From an uncultured delta proteobacterium (GTDB lineage Bacteria; Desulfobacterota; Binatia; UBA9968), in NCBI GenBank assembly GCA_963727625.1, contig CAVSHR010000004.1:1024001-1088000 (forward strand): DNA of 64,000 bases. Direction: 5' to 3'. Position numbers and translations under genes: made by a program. Under the pieces are notes generated by a model, which had not been told where the DNA came from, made no database searches, and saw only the letters and a list, made by a program, of their open reading frames with translations. Below are positions 49,157 to 59,335 of the stretch, piece by piece (within the stretch, counting starts at the first letter, position 1; each line of letters starts with the position of its first letter).

Positions 49157-49394
49157 CCGAGAATTTCGTGAAAATCTCCGCGATCCTTCAGCAAACTCGG
49201 CCGGCGCAACGGTCGTAAGTGCTCAAAGTCTTCCCGATCTTGCCGCTCGTGGGGGGCTCAGAAGCTGCCGCGCTATCGGCTTACGTTATCACTCGATTTC
49301 GTCTTGCAGGCGGTTTGGATCGACGCAGCTCCCGCGAGAAGTGACCGCAAAAAGTACGTCTGGACAGATTGTCATGATTTCAAATCCAGACCCT
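49157..49394 (+). repeat. About 240-bp dispersed repeat, copy 1 (uninterrupted)
   Basis: Highly similar to 54142-54366 plus 56211-56224; ends TGTCATGATTTCAAATCCAGACCC. Confidence 0.85.
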
Positions 49395-49429
49395 AAAATT
49401 TTCTCCCTTAGTTTGGCGTAACGGGCAAC

Positions 49430-51464
49430 CTAGCCCGACTTCCACAATAAGAGGGTCGAGATTTAACAATTTCGGGCACTTAGCTTCTCAAGTCGGCACT
49501 ACATTTGGCGTTCCTGAAGGGGGGCGAAGCCGCTCGGGGAGAGTCAATCCCAGACGTTGTAGGAGCAAGTCCTGTTCGCGGTGAGGTCGCACCACACAGC
49601 GAAGCCGAAGCTCGCGCTTGGAGCCGTCGGCCAGTGGCAACACGATATCGGCCGAGTGAATGCGAGAGAACTCAGTGAGAATAGTTCGAGGCGAATGCCC
49701 CAGCCCGGCACGCGACTGCCACTGCTGGAGTGTCTTCCACAGCACGTAAGCCAAAAAGCAAATCAGAATATGTGCCTTAATGCGGTCTTGTTTATGATGC
49801 CAGATCGGACGGATGCACAGATCGGATTTCTGAACCCGAAAAGCGGCCTCAGCTTCAGTGAGCTGGATGTAGGTCTTCCACAGTTGTTCGTCAGTCCAAT
49901 CGTGGATGTTGCTGCGTAGGATATAAGTACCTTCGCTCAGCCTGGCCCAATCATCCCACTCGGGGCGTGCATGCCACTTAAGCTTAATTCCCGCGGGTAC
50001 GCTCTTATCTTCTAAAAGTGAAATCGAGTAGCGGGCTGCCGCCCGGGAGTTTTGCCCCAACAGCCGCCCGATCTGGCGCTCGAGTCTCTCCGCGATCCAA
50101 GGCCTTTTTGCTTTTCGCAATGCGTCGGCTAAGCGATTGTAAACCTTCTTCAATCTGCTTGGAGAACCGTTGATGCATCGCCTTCTCTTTTTCGCTGCGA
50201 CTGGCCGAGCGGCACAGAAGGAAGGTCTCGTTTCCATCAGGTCCACAACAGATTTTGACTTCGATATCTTCCCGGATCTGATGCCAATCGGTTTTCTCAG
50301 TGATCTGTTGGGTAAAGCGGCTAAGCTCCGAACGCGCCGTTCCAATCACGTAGCGGCGCCCCGTTGCGTTAAGCCAGCTGATGTTCTCAGCACTCACCAT
50401 CCCTCGGTCCATGACCCATACCCGGTTCGCTTTCCCAAACCGCTCCTCCATCTTCTCAACAATCTGTTGGACAGTGGTGACATCGGTGGTGTTGCCGGCG
50501 AAAATCTCATAGCCCAGCGGCATACCCTCCCGGCTTACCACCAGCGCTATGTTGACCTGTACGCAATCCGCCGATGGTCGCGACTGTAACCGCGCTTGGC
50601 GATGGCAGGATCGGCGATCCCTTCGAAGTACGTGCTCGTCACATCGTAAAGCAATAGATCGTAATCCAGATCAAACAGCTCTCCCAGACGCTTGACCAGA
50701 TGCTTTTCAACAGCCTCCTTGTGCGGCAACAGCCGATCCAGCGCTCGATACAAACGCTCATCGTAAATGTCCTCCACGGCTACCCCAAGCAGATCTTCCA
50801 ACGCCGTCGTGCGATACCACTGCTCAGCCACGTGCAACTCGCTTGACGGCTCCACCAGCCGCCCAATTACCAAAATGGCGATCACTTCCGCCCATGAAAC
50901 CGTCTCGCGGCTCGCCAACAAAAACTCGCCCAATACCTCGTCGAGTTTCAACGCCCGCCACAAAATCCACCCCAGCCATACCGCGCCAAAACTGCGCGAG
51001 CGCTCCAGCCGCACCCCATCTAACTTGACCGCCACCGCACCACTCGGCTCACCCTGATCGAATAGTTGCCCCTGCCAAGTTCCCGATGCACGCCCCGCAA
51101 TACTTCGCGCGAGCGCCTGAGCTCGTGCCCGACCTTCAGCATCGAGCTCTCCCAGCTGCGCCACGGTTTGCTGCACGACTTTGCGACCGCGCCTGACCGA
51201 ACGCACCAGCCGCCAGTAAACATGGCTCTTGCCATCTTTAAATCGCCTCGTGTGTCGCAAGTACACAGCCGCACATTCTCACGGTGTGATGCTAGCTGAC
51301 AAGACACTTGGTCGGCACTACATTCGCTTTTTACCCTCTTGATGACTGAAAAGACCGGGCGGCGTAACAGCAATATTCGATTTTACAACCGCTTACTCCT
51401 ACGTGCCGGTGCCACGGCAGGTGAAAAATGTTTCTGAGTAGCGCTATTGTGGAACTTGGGCTAG
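49430..51464 (-). mobile_element. IS1634-family insertion sequence (decayed)
   Basis: IRs CTAGCCCGACTTCCACAATA / TATTGTGGAACTTGGGCTAG (18/20). Confidence 0.85.
49488..51266 (-). pseudogene. IS1634 transposase with two frameshifts
   Basis: [58 protein letters not shown], spread over three frames. Confidence 0.9.
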
Positions 51465-51679
51465 CGTCTGAAAACCATTTTCTTAGGATACAACGCCGAC
51501 CGTGCCCTCGCCAATCGAAGAAAATTCCGCCCGCGAACCCGCCGAGCCTTACCTCGGAAAGAGGACAGGCGGAGCGATCTCCCTGCCCCGCGGCATTTCA
51601 CTCCAGAGAAAAGTTCTCGGTCGTTAACTCGTTCAACAACGCGTCGCGGACCCTCCGACAAGCTCAGGCAGGCTCTTCA

Positions 51680-51728
51680 AACGTCTGGAACGCTTGGAAC
51701 CATTGGAACGTCTGGAACATTTGGAACC
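51680..51728 (+). repeat. Tandem 9-nt TGGAAC units
   Basis: ctggaacgc ttggaacca ttggaacgt ctggaacat ttggaacc. Confidence 0.7.
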
Positions 51729-51750
51729 TCTCCCGTTTTTTTAGATGTAA

Positions 51751-51779
51751 TTGACACCTTCTCCCGTCGGCGATATTTC
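51751..51779 (+). promoter_or_regulatory. Candidate sigma70 promoter
   Basis: TTGACA-17 nt-TATTTC upstream of the isochorismatase-family gene. Confidence 0.4.
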
Positions 51780-51852
51780 TTTCGCATATGTCGCCGATTC
51801 GTACCGTCGTCCTAACTCGCGGCCCGGCGCTCGCGCTCTACGGAGGAGACCC

Positions 51853-52425
51853 ATGTCCATGCTGACGCTCACAATGCCCGCCCTTCCCGACCCGGTCAAA
51901 GTCGTCCTCCAACCCGCGACCACGGCGCTGTTGGTGTTCGACATGATCGATCGTATTTGCAAGAACCAGCCGAACTGCACCGGCGTCATGTTGCCGGCCC
52001 TCGCCTCGCTGCTGGCGCGGGCAAGAAAAGCCGGCGTGTTCGTCCTGTACTCGACTCGGGAGCCGGAAAGCTCGAACTGGATGCCGGAGGTCGCTCCCGC
52101 TCCGGGCGACCCCGTCGTCAAGTCGTATGCTCAGGACCGATTCTACAACACGGATCTCGACAAAACGCTGAAGGGCAAGGGGATCACGACGGTGATTCTC
52201 ACCGGCTGGAAGGTCAGCGGCTCGGTGGTCTACACCTCGGTTGGAGCGACGGTGCGGGGGTACACGGTCGTCGTGCCCACGGATGCCAGCTCAGCCGCGA
52301 CGGACTACGAAGTGGCGATCGGCCAATTCCAGATATTGAATCAGAACAGCGCGAACGCCGCGAACGAACCGCTGAAGCCGAACGCCTCGACCCTGAGCCG
52401 CACGGATCTGATCGTCTTTCAGTAA
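51853..52425 (+). CDS. Isochorismatase/cysteine hydrolase family protein
   Basis: TALLVFD, FYNTDLDKTLKGKGITTVILTG, RGYTVVVPTDA; GGAGG RBS. Confidence 0.8.
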   Translation: MSMLTLTMPALPDPVKVVLQPATTALLVFDMIDRICKNQPNCTGVMLPALASLLARARKAGVFVLYSTREPESSNWMPEVAPAPGDPVVKSYAQDRFYNTDLDKTLKGKGITTVILTGWKVSGSVVYTSVGATVRGYTVVVPTDASSAATDYEVAIGQFQILNQNSANAANEPLKPNASTLSRTDLIVFQ

Positions 52426-52772
52426 AAAAGCGGGGCTACTTTTCTTCTCGCTCCTCGGCCTGCCACGCGGACGAAGCTACTGCCGAGTCCGAACGTCGCT
52501 GCGTTCTGTGCTTGCCCATTCAACCTTCCTAACGGTCAGTAATTGGGCATCAAGGGTTCACCGATTAGAAGATTCCCTAAAACCGGAAAGTCTCCCATCG
52601 CGCCTTGATTGATTTCAACGAGGTGAACGGAGCAGAGCGATTGATCCTTCAGCGGGCCAAGGGCAGGCTCATTGAACGATTGGAACCTGTGTCAGCATAT
52701 AAAATTCTCGGCATCGAGCGCTTCTAACACGCGCCGACTTAAACTTTCAACGGAAAAGCAGCCTGTCCCCTT
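52426..52772 (-). mobile_element. Internally deleted, non-autonomous derivative of the 45696-46404 RAYT element
   Basis: Left GGGGCTACTTTTCTTCTCG plus LRPRGRPR-coding remnant; right MPRI start remnant plus AAAAGCAGCCTGTCCCCTT. Confidence 0.7.
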
Positions 52773-52868
52773 TTCTCTCTCTTCTCTCTCGACTCTGCTG
52801 TTGACGCGACACCGATTTCTTGTCATGCAAGAGGTCTCAGGATACCTGAACTATACTGGAGAATTATC

Positions 52869-53981
52869 ATGGCCGGCGTCGTCGATGCAGATACACATAT
52901 TATCGAACATCCTGGGATGTGGGAGCTCTTTGACCCGGAACTTTATCCACGTCGACCCGTATTGGCGTCGACCACCGATAACAGTGTCTACGGACATAAC
53001 AACCAGGTCTGGTTGATCGATGGCGTGGCCGTGCCCAAGCGCTTTGGCAAAGGCAGTGCCATTGTCGCCGTGGGTGGGTCCGACGCGGAAGAGGCGCGCA
53101 CGGACATCGCCAAAGCGGTGCGCTACATCACCGACGCTACCGCGCGGGTAAGCGACATGGACAAGCGCGGCGTCGACGCTGAAGTCGTATTTCCGACCCT
53201 GTTACTGGGCTACCTGCCGGTGGAGGTCGAACTGGAGGTAGCCATCTGCGCTGCCTACAACCGCTACCTGGCAAAAGCCTGGGAACAGGGCGGCGATCGC
53301 TTGCGCTGGGTTGTCGTCCCACCGCTGCGGGACATCCAGGCTTCGGTGCGCGAGATCGAAACTGCACGTGACCACGGCGCGGTGGGCGTGTTCTTTCGCG
53401 GCGTAGAGGGGGAGCGCTCCCTGGCAGAGTCCTATTTTTTCCCGGTGTACGAGGCCGCCAACCGTCTGGGGTTGGCCATTTGCATTCATACCGGTGCCGG
53501 TGCGCCGGAAATCACTAAAGTCTTTGACCGCAGTTTCAGCCACAACTTGCCGCACGTACGCTCGCTGCCGCTGTTCGCCTTTCGGGACCTCGTGGCTCAC
53601 AAAATTCCCGAACGCTTCCCGGAACTGCGGATTGGCTTCATCGAGGCGTCGGCCTCCTGGGTGCCCTACGTGCTGCACCACCTCGAACGGTCCAGCGGCG
53701 CAAAACTCAACGCCGGCGGCGACGCCGATGCAGCCATGGAGTGGGGCCCAAAGCTATTCAGAGACTACCGGCTCTACGTTGCCGCCGAGGCGGACGAAGA
53801 CCTGGCCTATCTCCTGACTCACATTGGCGAAGACAACATGATCATGGGCTCGGATTACGGCCACCAGGATCAATCCAAAGAAGATGGTATGGTGGGTGTG
53901 ATGCGGCACAAGAAAAGCATATCGCCGGGGGTGATCGAAAAAATTCTCTGCGACAACCCGCGTCGCTTCTACGGACTGTAG
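52869..53981 (+). CDS. Amidohydrolase_2 family protein
   Basis: VDADTH, DMDKRGVD..VFPT, CIHTG, MGSDYGH. Confidence 0.9.
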   Translation: MAGVVDADTHIIEHPGMWELFDPELYPRRPVLASTTDNSVYGHNNQVWLIDGVAVPKRFGKGSAIVAVGGSDAEEARTDIAKAVRYITDATARVSDMDKRGVDAEVVFPTLLLGYLPVEVELEVAICAAYNRYLAKAWEQGGDRLRWVVVPPLRDIQASVREIETARDHGAVGVFFRGVEGERSLAESYFFPVYEAANRLGLAICIHTGAGAPEITKVFDRSFSHNLPHVRSLPLFAFRDLVAHKIPERFPELRIGFIEASASWVPYVLHHLERSSGAKLNAGGDADAAMEWGPKLFRDYRLYVAAEADEDLAYLLTHIGEDNMIMGSDYGHQDQSKEDGMVGVMRHKKSISPGVIEKILCDNPRRFYGL

Positions 53982-54141
53982 CGGCAGACCTGCCTTTTCG
54001 TCTTTGAGCGAACCGTTTGACTCTACCGTAACCACACCGGGACGTGCAGCGGACTGCCGTCATGCCACTTCACCAAGAATAACTCATGGCTGACCCCGAG
54101 TTTTGCCCCCAATCAAAAAGTAGCGTGTCTCCTTTTCTCGG

Positions 54142-54366
54142 CCGAGAATTTCGTAAAAAATGCCGCGATCCTTCAGCAAACTCGGCCGGCGCAACGGTCG
54201 GAAGTGCTCGAAGTCTTCCCGATCTTGCCGCTCGTGCGGGGCTCAGAACATGTCGTGCTATCGGCTTACGTTATCACTCGATTTCGTCTTGCAGGCGGTA
54301 TGGATCGACGCAGCTCCAGCGAGAAGTGACCGCAAAAAATAAGTTTGGACAGATTGTCATGATTTC
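54142..54366 (+). repeat. About 240-bp dispersed repeat, copy 2, interrupted by IS1182 (resumes at 56211-56224)
   Basis: Matches 49157-49381; continues AAAGCCAGACCCC after the IS. Confidence 0.85.
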
Positions 54367-56204
54367 GATTCTGCTGAAAAACCCTCTTGGTATTTCGTCA
54401 TATTAATAGAATAAATGTTGACAATGGACGGAGTGGGCCTCAAGGTTTTTCCATGAGCGTGAAACCGATCGATGCACAGAGAAGCTTTTATCACACCGAC
54501 TATCTTGCTGGAAATCTGTTCGGTCCGGCCAACCGCTACCGGCTGTTTCGGGAAAAGATTTGGCCCAAGCTTTTGGAGCTTGCGCCTAAGCTGGAAGCGC
54601 TTTACTGCGCCGAGAACGGCCGGCCGCCGATCGATCCGGTGCTACTTTGCGGGGTGACGCTTCTCCAGTTTATGGAGAAAGTGGCGGACCGGGGCGCCAG
54701 CGAGCATGTTGTCTATCATCTGGGTTGGAAGTACGCGCTGGATTTGGAACTGGACTACGGCGGGTTTCATGCCACGGTGTTGGTTTATTTTCGCAATCGG
54801 TTGGAGGAGAAAACAGCCGAGCGGCTGATTTTTGACGGGGTGGTGGATTTATTGATCGAGCTGGGGTTGGTAAAGCGCAAGGGCAAGCAGCGGCTCGATA
54901 GCACCCATATCGTGGGATACGTCAAAGCGATGAGCTGGATGGAATGCGCGCTGGAGACGCTGCGTTTGGGGTTGGAAGATTTGGAATATGAAGCAGGAAT
55001 GAAAAAGCGCCCAGAGTTTTGGGACCGACTGTGGGAGTTTTATGTCGAGAGCCATCTGGATTGGCGGTTAAGCAAAACCGAGCAAGCCAACCGCCATCGG
55101 CAATGTGGGCAGGACATCACAGAGCTGCTGGAGTGGATCGATACAGAGAATCCCCAGCTCGCTGAACGTGAGGCGGTGAAACTGTTGCGGCGAGTCTTTG
55201 ACGAGCAGTTCGCAGTGGTCGAGGGAAAGCTTGAACTGGCCACCCAGCGGCCTTCTCGCGCGGTACAGAACCCCCATGATCCCGATGCCCATTATGCCGA
55301 TAAGAAGACTAAGCAATGGATCGGCTACAAAGTGCACGTGGCTGAGACGGTCGATCCCCAACAACCGATCAAGAAAAAAGGCGAGCCCGCCGAGCATTTC
55401 ATTACCGAGATATTCACTACTGAAGCGGCCCAAGACGAGATGGCCGGCTTAACCGAGGTGCTTAAAACAGAACAACAGCACCATGAGATTACACCCCAGG
55501 CGATGTACAGCGATGCCGGTTACGTCACCGAGCACACCTTAACGCAAGCGGAACAAAACGGCATCGAGTTATTAGGGCCGACGCGTCCCGACCCGCACAA
55601 GGGAGCGTACAATAGCGATGCATTCCATGTTGATGTCGAGAAGCGTCAGGCGGTTTGTCCCCAGGGTAACTTAAGCAGTCAATGTAGCCGCATCAAAGAT
55701 AATTACCAGGGAACCGAGTACTACCGCATCGAGTGGGCCAGTCAATGCGATAGCTGTCCTGTACAAAAGCAGTGTACGCATTCCAAGAACGGCCGGAGAA
55801 CTTTAGTCGTCGGGGTGCGCCACGATCTGGTGGAGCAGCGGCGCAGAGAAATGAAACAGAGTGGGTTCTCAAAGAGCATGCATCCGCGAAACGGCATCGA
55901 AGGGACTCACAGCGAGTTGGTGCGTGGGCACGCGATGAGACGGACGAAATATCGAGGCTTAAGCCGGGTCGGTCTATCGCACTATTTCATGGGCGCCGCG
56001 TGCAATGTGAAACGATACCTAAATCTGCTCGCATTCCAGATGAGAACGCCGGTTCTGAGCCCGGCTTAAGGGCTCGGGGCCGTTCATTTTACTGGCTATG
56101 GCAGCGTTGCAGGTGAAAATTTTTTTGTCGTAACACCATTTGGGGATCGACAGCGTTTGCTAACGGCGGTCGCAATTCAAATTGACGGGTTTTTCAGCAG
56201 AATC
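54367..56204 (+). mobile_element. IS1182-family insertion sequence, intact
   Basis: Perfect IR GATTCTGCTGAAAAACCC / GGGTTTTTCAGCAGAATC; flanking duplication GATTTC (or ATTT with 19-bp IRs) confirmed by the empty site in repeat copy 1. Confidence 0.9.
54453..56069 (+). CDS. IS1182-family DDE transposase
   Basis: GRPPIDP, QRLDSTH, GYKVHVAET, DAGY, CPQG..CDSCP..C, RNGIEGTHSE, TKYRGL. Confidence 0.9.
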   Translation: MSVKPIDAQRSFYHTDYLAGNLFGPANRYRLFREKIWPKLLELAPKLEALYCAENGRPPIDPVLLCGVTLLQFMEKVADRGASEHVVYHLGWKYALDLELDYGGFHATVLVYFRNRLEEKTAERLIFDGVVDLLIELGLVKRKGKQRLDSTHIVGYVKAMSWMECALETLRLGLEDLEYEAGMKKRPEFWDRLWEFYVESHLDWRLSKTEQANRHRQCGQDITELLEWIDTENPQLAEREAVKLLRRVFDEQFAVVEGKLELATQRPSRAVQNPHDPDAHYADKKTKQWIGYKVHVAETVDPQQPIKKKGEPAEHFITEIFTTEAAQDEMAGLTEVLKTEQQHHEITPQAMYSDAGYVTEHTLTQAEQNGIELLGPTRPDPHKGAYNSDAFHVDVEKRQAVCPQGNLSSQCSRIKDNYQGTEYYRIEWASQCDSCPVQKQCTHSKNGRRTLVVGVRHDLVEQRRREMKQSGFSKSMHPRNGIEGTHSELVRGHAMRRTKYRGLSRVGLSHYFMGAACNVKRYLNLLAFQMRTPVLSPA

Positions 56205-56327
56205 GATTTCAAAGCCAGACCCCAAAGCAATTCCCCGGACCTGGCTACGTCCCGGCAGTCTCGCCAGGTTTATCCCAAAAGAAAGGGTTTCCAGCCTTAG
56301 AGCCTGGCGCAACTCCGCTCGCGCAGC

Positions 56328-57137
56328 TCAAATCAAAATCTTGCGCCGGTCCGACCCAGGGAAAAGTCTAGGATCGACATTATCAAAGACCACTTCGTCG
56401 AGATTGTTTCGGTCATTGTCGAACTTGACCGTCGGAAGCCTAAATCCGAGCTTTTGCTCCAGCACTGATCCCCAACAGGACTGTAAGAGCTTGAGAAACG
56501 TATCGGAAGCGCTTCTCCTACCCTGTACAGTTGCGGATAACCATATGCGGGCACCATCAGGAATGCCCGGCACAGTTGCGGCCACGTTAACGGAACAATA
56601 TATGATTTGATCAATGCTCGTATATCCACCGCGAAAAAGGTGGTGCAAGAAGTAAAAAACGTGGCTCGGACGAAAAAGAGCGCTTCCTTCGTTGACCAGA
56701 ATTAGCAACCCAATATCGTTTATTCTGTTAAAAGCTTTCTTGGTTTCTTTCAGCTGTTTTGCTGCTGTTTTCACAGGGGTTTGAAGTCTTCTCTTTAGAG
56801 GCTGGAGCAATTGCCACCTGGCTTCCAATGGAAGCAATTCAGAGCGGGCAAATTTCTGGGTCGAAGAGATTGGAGGTACTCGCCCAGCTTTTGCGTGCTC
56901 TTGATAAAGCGAAACGAGACGTTTGCGGAGTCGATCATCTTCGTCTGGATCGTGCTGCAGGATTTTGAGCTCCGCAAACACGCCTTCACGTTCGAAATAG
57001 TAATCAGCGTTTTCAAAGTTTCGATTCCATGGAATAAGGGAATCGACTCGGTACCCACCCGCGCGATCGACAATTTCGTCAAAGAACGGCTCAACATCGA
57101 GATAAGGAGGATTCACAATGCCAATTCCTCTAGTCAA
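56328..57137 (-). CDS. Hypothetical protein directly downstream of hsdM
   Basis: 269-aa AT-richer ORF with TTG start; NADYYF...AELK resembles a PD-(D/E)xK motif (weak). Confidence 0.6.
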   Translation of the reverse strand: MTRGIGIVNPPYLDVEPFFDEIVDRAGGYRVDSLIPWNRNFENADYYFEREGVFAELKILQHDPDEDDRLRKRLVSLYQEHAKAGRVPPISSTQKFARSELLPLEARWQLLQPLKRRLQTPVKTAAKQLKETKKAFNRINDIGLLILVNEGSALFRPSHVFYFLHHLFRGGYTSIDQIIYCSVNVAATVPGIPDGARIWLSATVQGRRSASDTFLKLLQSCWGSVLEQKLGFRLPTVKFDNDRNNLDEVVFDNVDPRLFPGSDRRKILI

Positions 57138-57155
57138 ACGTTATTTTCACAGAGA

Positions 57156-58644
57156 TTACGCTTTGGAGGCTCCAGCATTTAAATCTCCTGCAATCTCGGC
57201 AAACTGCGCTAGCGCTGCCTCCAGATCCTCCACTATCTCGGCGGCGATGATGTCGGGAGCCGGGAGATTCGCGGAGTCTTCGAGGGATTCGTCTTTGAGC
57301 CAGAAGATGTCGAGGTTGACCTTGTCGCGTTTGGCGAGGTCGTCGTAGGCGAAGCACTTGAAGCGCTCGCTCTCGGTCCGCTCGTGACGGTTCTCAGCGC
57401 TGTAGCAGGCGACGAAGTCGTCGAGGTCGGTGCGTTTAAGTTGGTTTTCCTTGAGCGTGAAGTGCTTGTTGGTCCGAAGATCGTAGATCCAGAGCTTTTC
57501 CGTCCATGGCCTTTCCTGCGCCGGTTTACGGTCGAAGAAAAGCACGTTCGCCTTTACGCCCTGGGCGTAAAAGATACCCGTCGGCAATCGCAGCAGCGTA
57601 TGCACGTCGGCCTGCTTGAGCAGTTCCCGCCTCACCGTCTCCCCCGCCCCGCCTTCGAACAGCACGTTGTCCGGCACGACGATGGCCGCTCGGCCATGCT
57701 GCTTGAGGATCGTAAATACGTGCTGGAGAAAGTTGAGCTGCTTGTTGCTTGTTGATGCCCAGAAGTCGTCGCGGTGGATCGTCAGGCTTTCCTTCTCCGC
57801 CTCGCCCTTTTCATTGACGATCGTGACGCTGCTCTTCTTGCCGAACGGCGGATTGGTCATCACCATTTCATAATTTTTGCCGCCCTGACTGCCGAGCGCA
57901 TCACGCACCTCGATCGGCACCTCGTCCGCCCCGTCCGCACTGATGCCGTGTAGCAGCATGTTCATGCAGCAAAGCCGCGCGACGCCGTCGACCAACTCGA
58001 CGCCGTAAAAGCGTATCGCTCGCCAGCTTGATCTTCTGTTCTCGGTCGAGTTGGTAATGCGCCGGATCTGAAAGATAGTTATACGCCGCCAGCAAGAACC
58101 CGCCGGTCCCGCAGGCGGGATCGCAGATGGTCATCTTCGGCTCGGGACGCATCACGTCGACGATCGCCGCGATCAACGGCCGTGGCGTAAAGTACTGTCC
58201 CGCGCCGCCCTTCACGTCCGCCGCGTTCTTCTCTAGCAGACCCTCATAAGCGTCGCCCTTCACGTCGGCGGACAACGCAGTCCACTGTTCTTTGTCAATT
58301 AGATCGACGATCAGACGGCGTAGCTTCGCCGGGTCTTGAATTTTATTCTGCGCCTTGCGAAAGATGACGCCGAGCATGCCCTTCTCCTTGCCGAGCGTCT
58401 CCAGCAGATGGCGATAATGAATTTCCAGCTCGTCGCCGTCCTTGGCTAGCAAGCTGGCCCAGTCGAAGCCTTTGGGAATGCGCGCAGGTTTGTTGAAAGG
58501 CGGCCGGCTCTGCTCATCCGCCATCTTGAGGAAAAGCAAAAACGTCAGCTGCTCGACATAGTCGCCGTACGACAGCCCGTCATCGCGCAAAATGTTGCAG
58601 TAGTTCCAGAGCTTCTGGACGAGTTGGTGAGATTGATCGGCCAT
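57156..58644 (-). pseudogene. hsdM: Type I restriction-modification methyltransferase subunit with one frameshift near 58007-58011
   Basis: LVQKLWNYC, GQYFTPR, DPACGTGGFL in one frame; (FYG)VELVDGVARLCCMN, TNPPF, VVPDNVLFE in the next frame. Confidence 0.9.
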
Positions 58645-58742
58645 GAGGACGTTACGTACTCCAGAATTTAAGCAGGGAAGTGAAAATAAATACGCGGTAC
58701 TGCCAAGAAGCCAAAAACACCAGGACGCGTAGCCCGCAATTA

Positions 58743-58970
58743 TTACGGATTCTTTTTGATGTATTCTTCCATTCGCTTACCCACGCCTATGAGTGTCAGC
58801 CCGACCACCTCCTTAGCCTTCTCGTCGTAGCGAACAATGACCCCCTCACCCACATCTACGCCCAATGCGGACTTTGGTTTGCCAAAACTGATGTAAAGGG
58901 TATCGGCTTCGCCATCATAGTCCCAATCCAAAGCAGCATTCTTTTTGTCAAACAGTTTTACCGCTTCCAT
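58743..58970 (-). CDS. DUF2283-family protein (putative antitoxin)
   Basis: DYDGEADTLYISFG...EGVIVRYD..VVGLTLIG. Confidence 0.85.
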   Translation of the reverse strand: MEAVKLFDKKNAALDWDYDGEADTLYISFGKPKSALGVDVGEGVIVRYDEKAKEVVGLTLIGVGKRMEEYIKKNP

Positions 58971-59269
58971 AAGACGTCCCTCCACTCGGCCGGCCGGCTA
59001 GCAAAGTAAGCAGTCAGAATAAAACCATCGTCTTCACTCAGCTCACGATAAACCACGCAGCAGTACTTCTCCGTGAGCGGCGTTTTCGGGTAGTGCTTAA
59101 CCGCGATCAACGTCTCCGAGTCGCCGTCCTGAACATAATCGGGCAACGATACTGTCTCGATAATGCTTTCACCTTGGCCATTCATTTCGGGATGTCGGCG
59201 CTCAATATGCTCCATTCGTTCGGGTGTTAGTCGGATTGGAACTCCTGCAATCGACTTGACGATTTGCAT
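58958..59269 (-). CDS. Putative RelE/BECR-like toxin paired with DUF2283
   Basis: IRLTPERMEHIERRHPEM, P.YVQDG, VVYRE...GFILTAY; overlaps the DUF2283 start. Confidence 0.65.
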   Translation of the reverse strand: MQIVKSIAGVPIRLTPERMEHIERRHPEMNGQGESIIETVSLPDYVQDGDSETLIAVKHYPKTPLTEKYCCVVYRELSEDDGFILTAYFASRPAEWRDVLWKR

Positions 59270-59335
59270 TATTTCACGCCGTCCTGCGGGTTGAAAGCGG
59301 CAATAGTCGCCGCCTCGCGAAAGAGTCGAGCGCGA

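Noticed and set aside
1097-49421. Long antisense or alternate-frame ORFs (e.g. 1097-2245, 2270-3454, 5589-7277, 14331-15761, 18362-19429, 44044-45147, 48222-49421)
   Set aside because: They overlap well-supported genes, show no family motifs, and are the expected shadows of GC-rich coding sequence.
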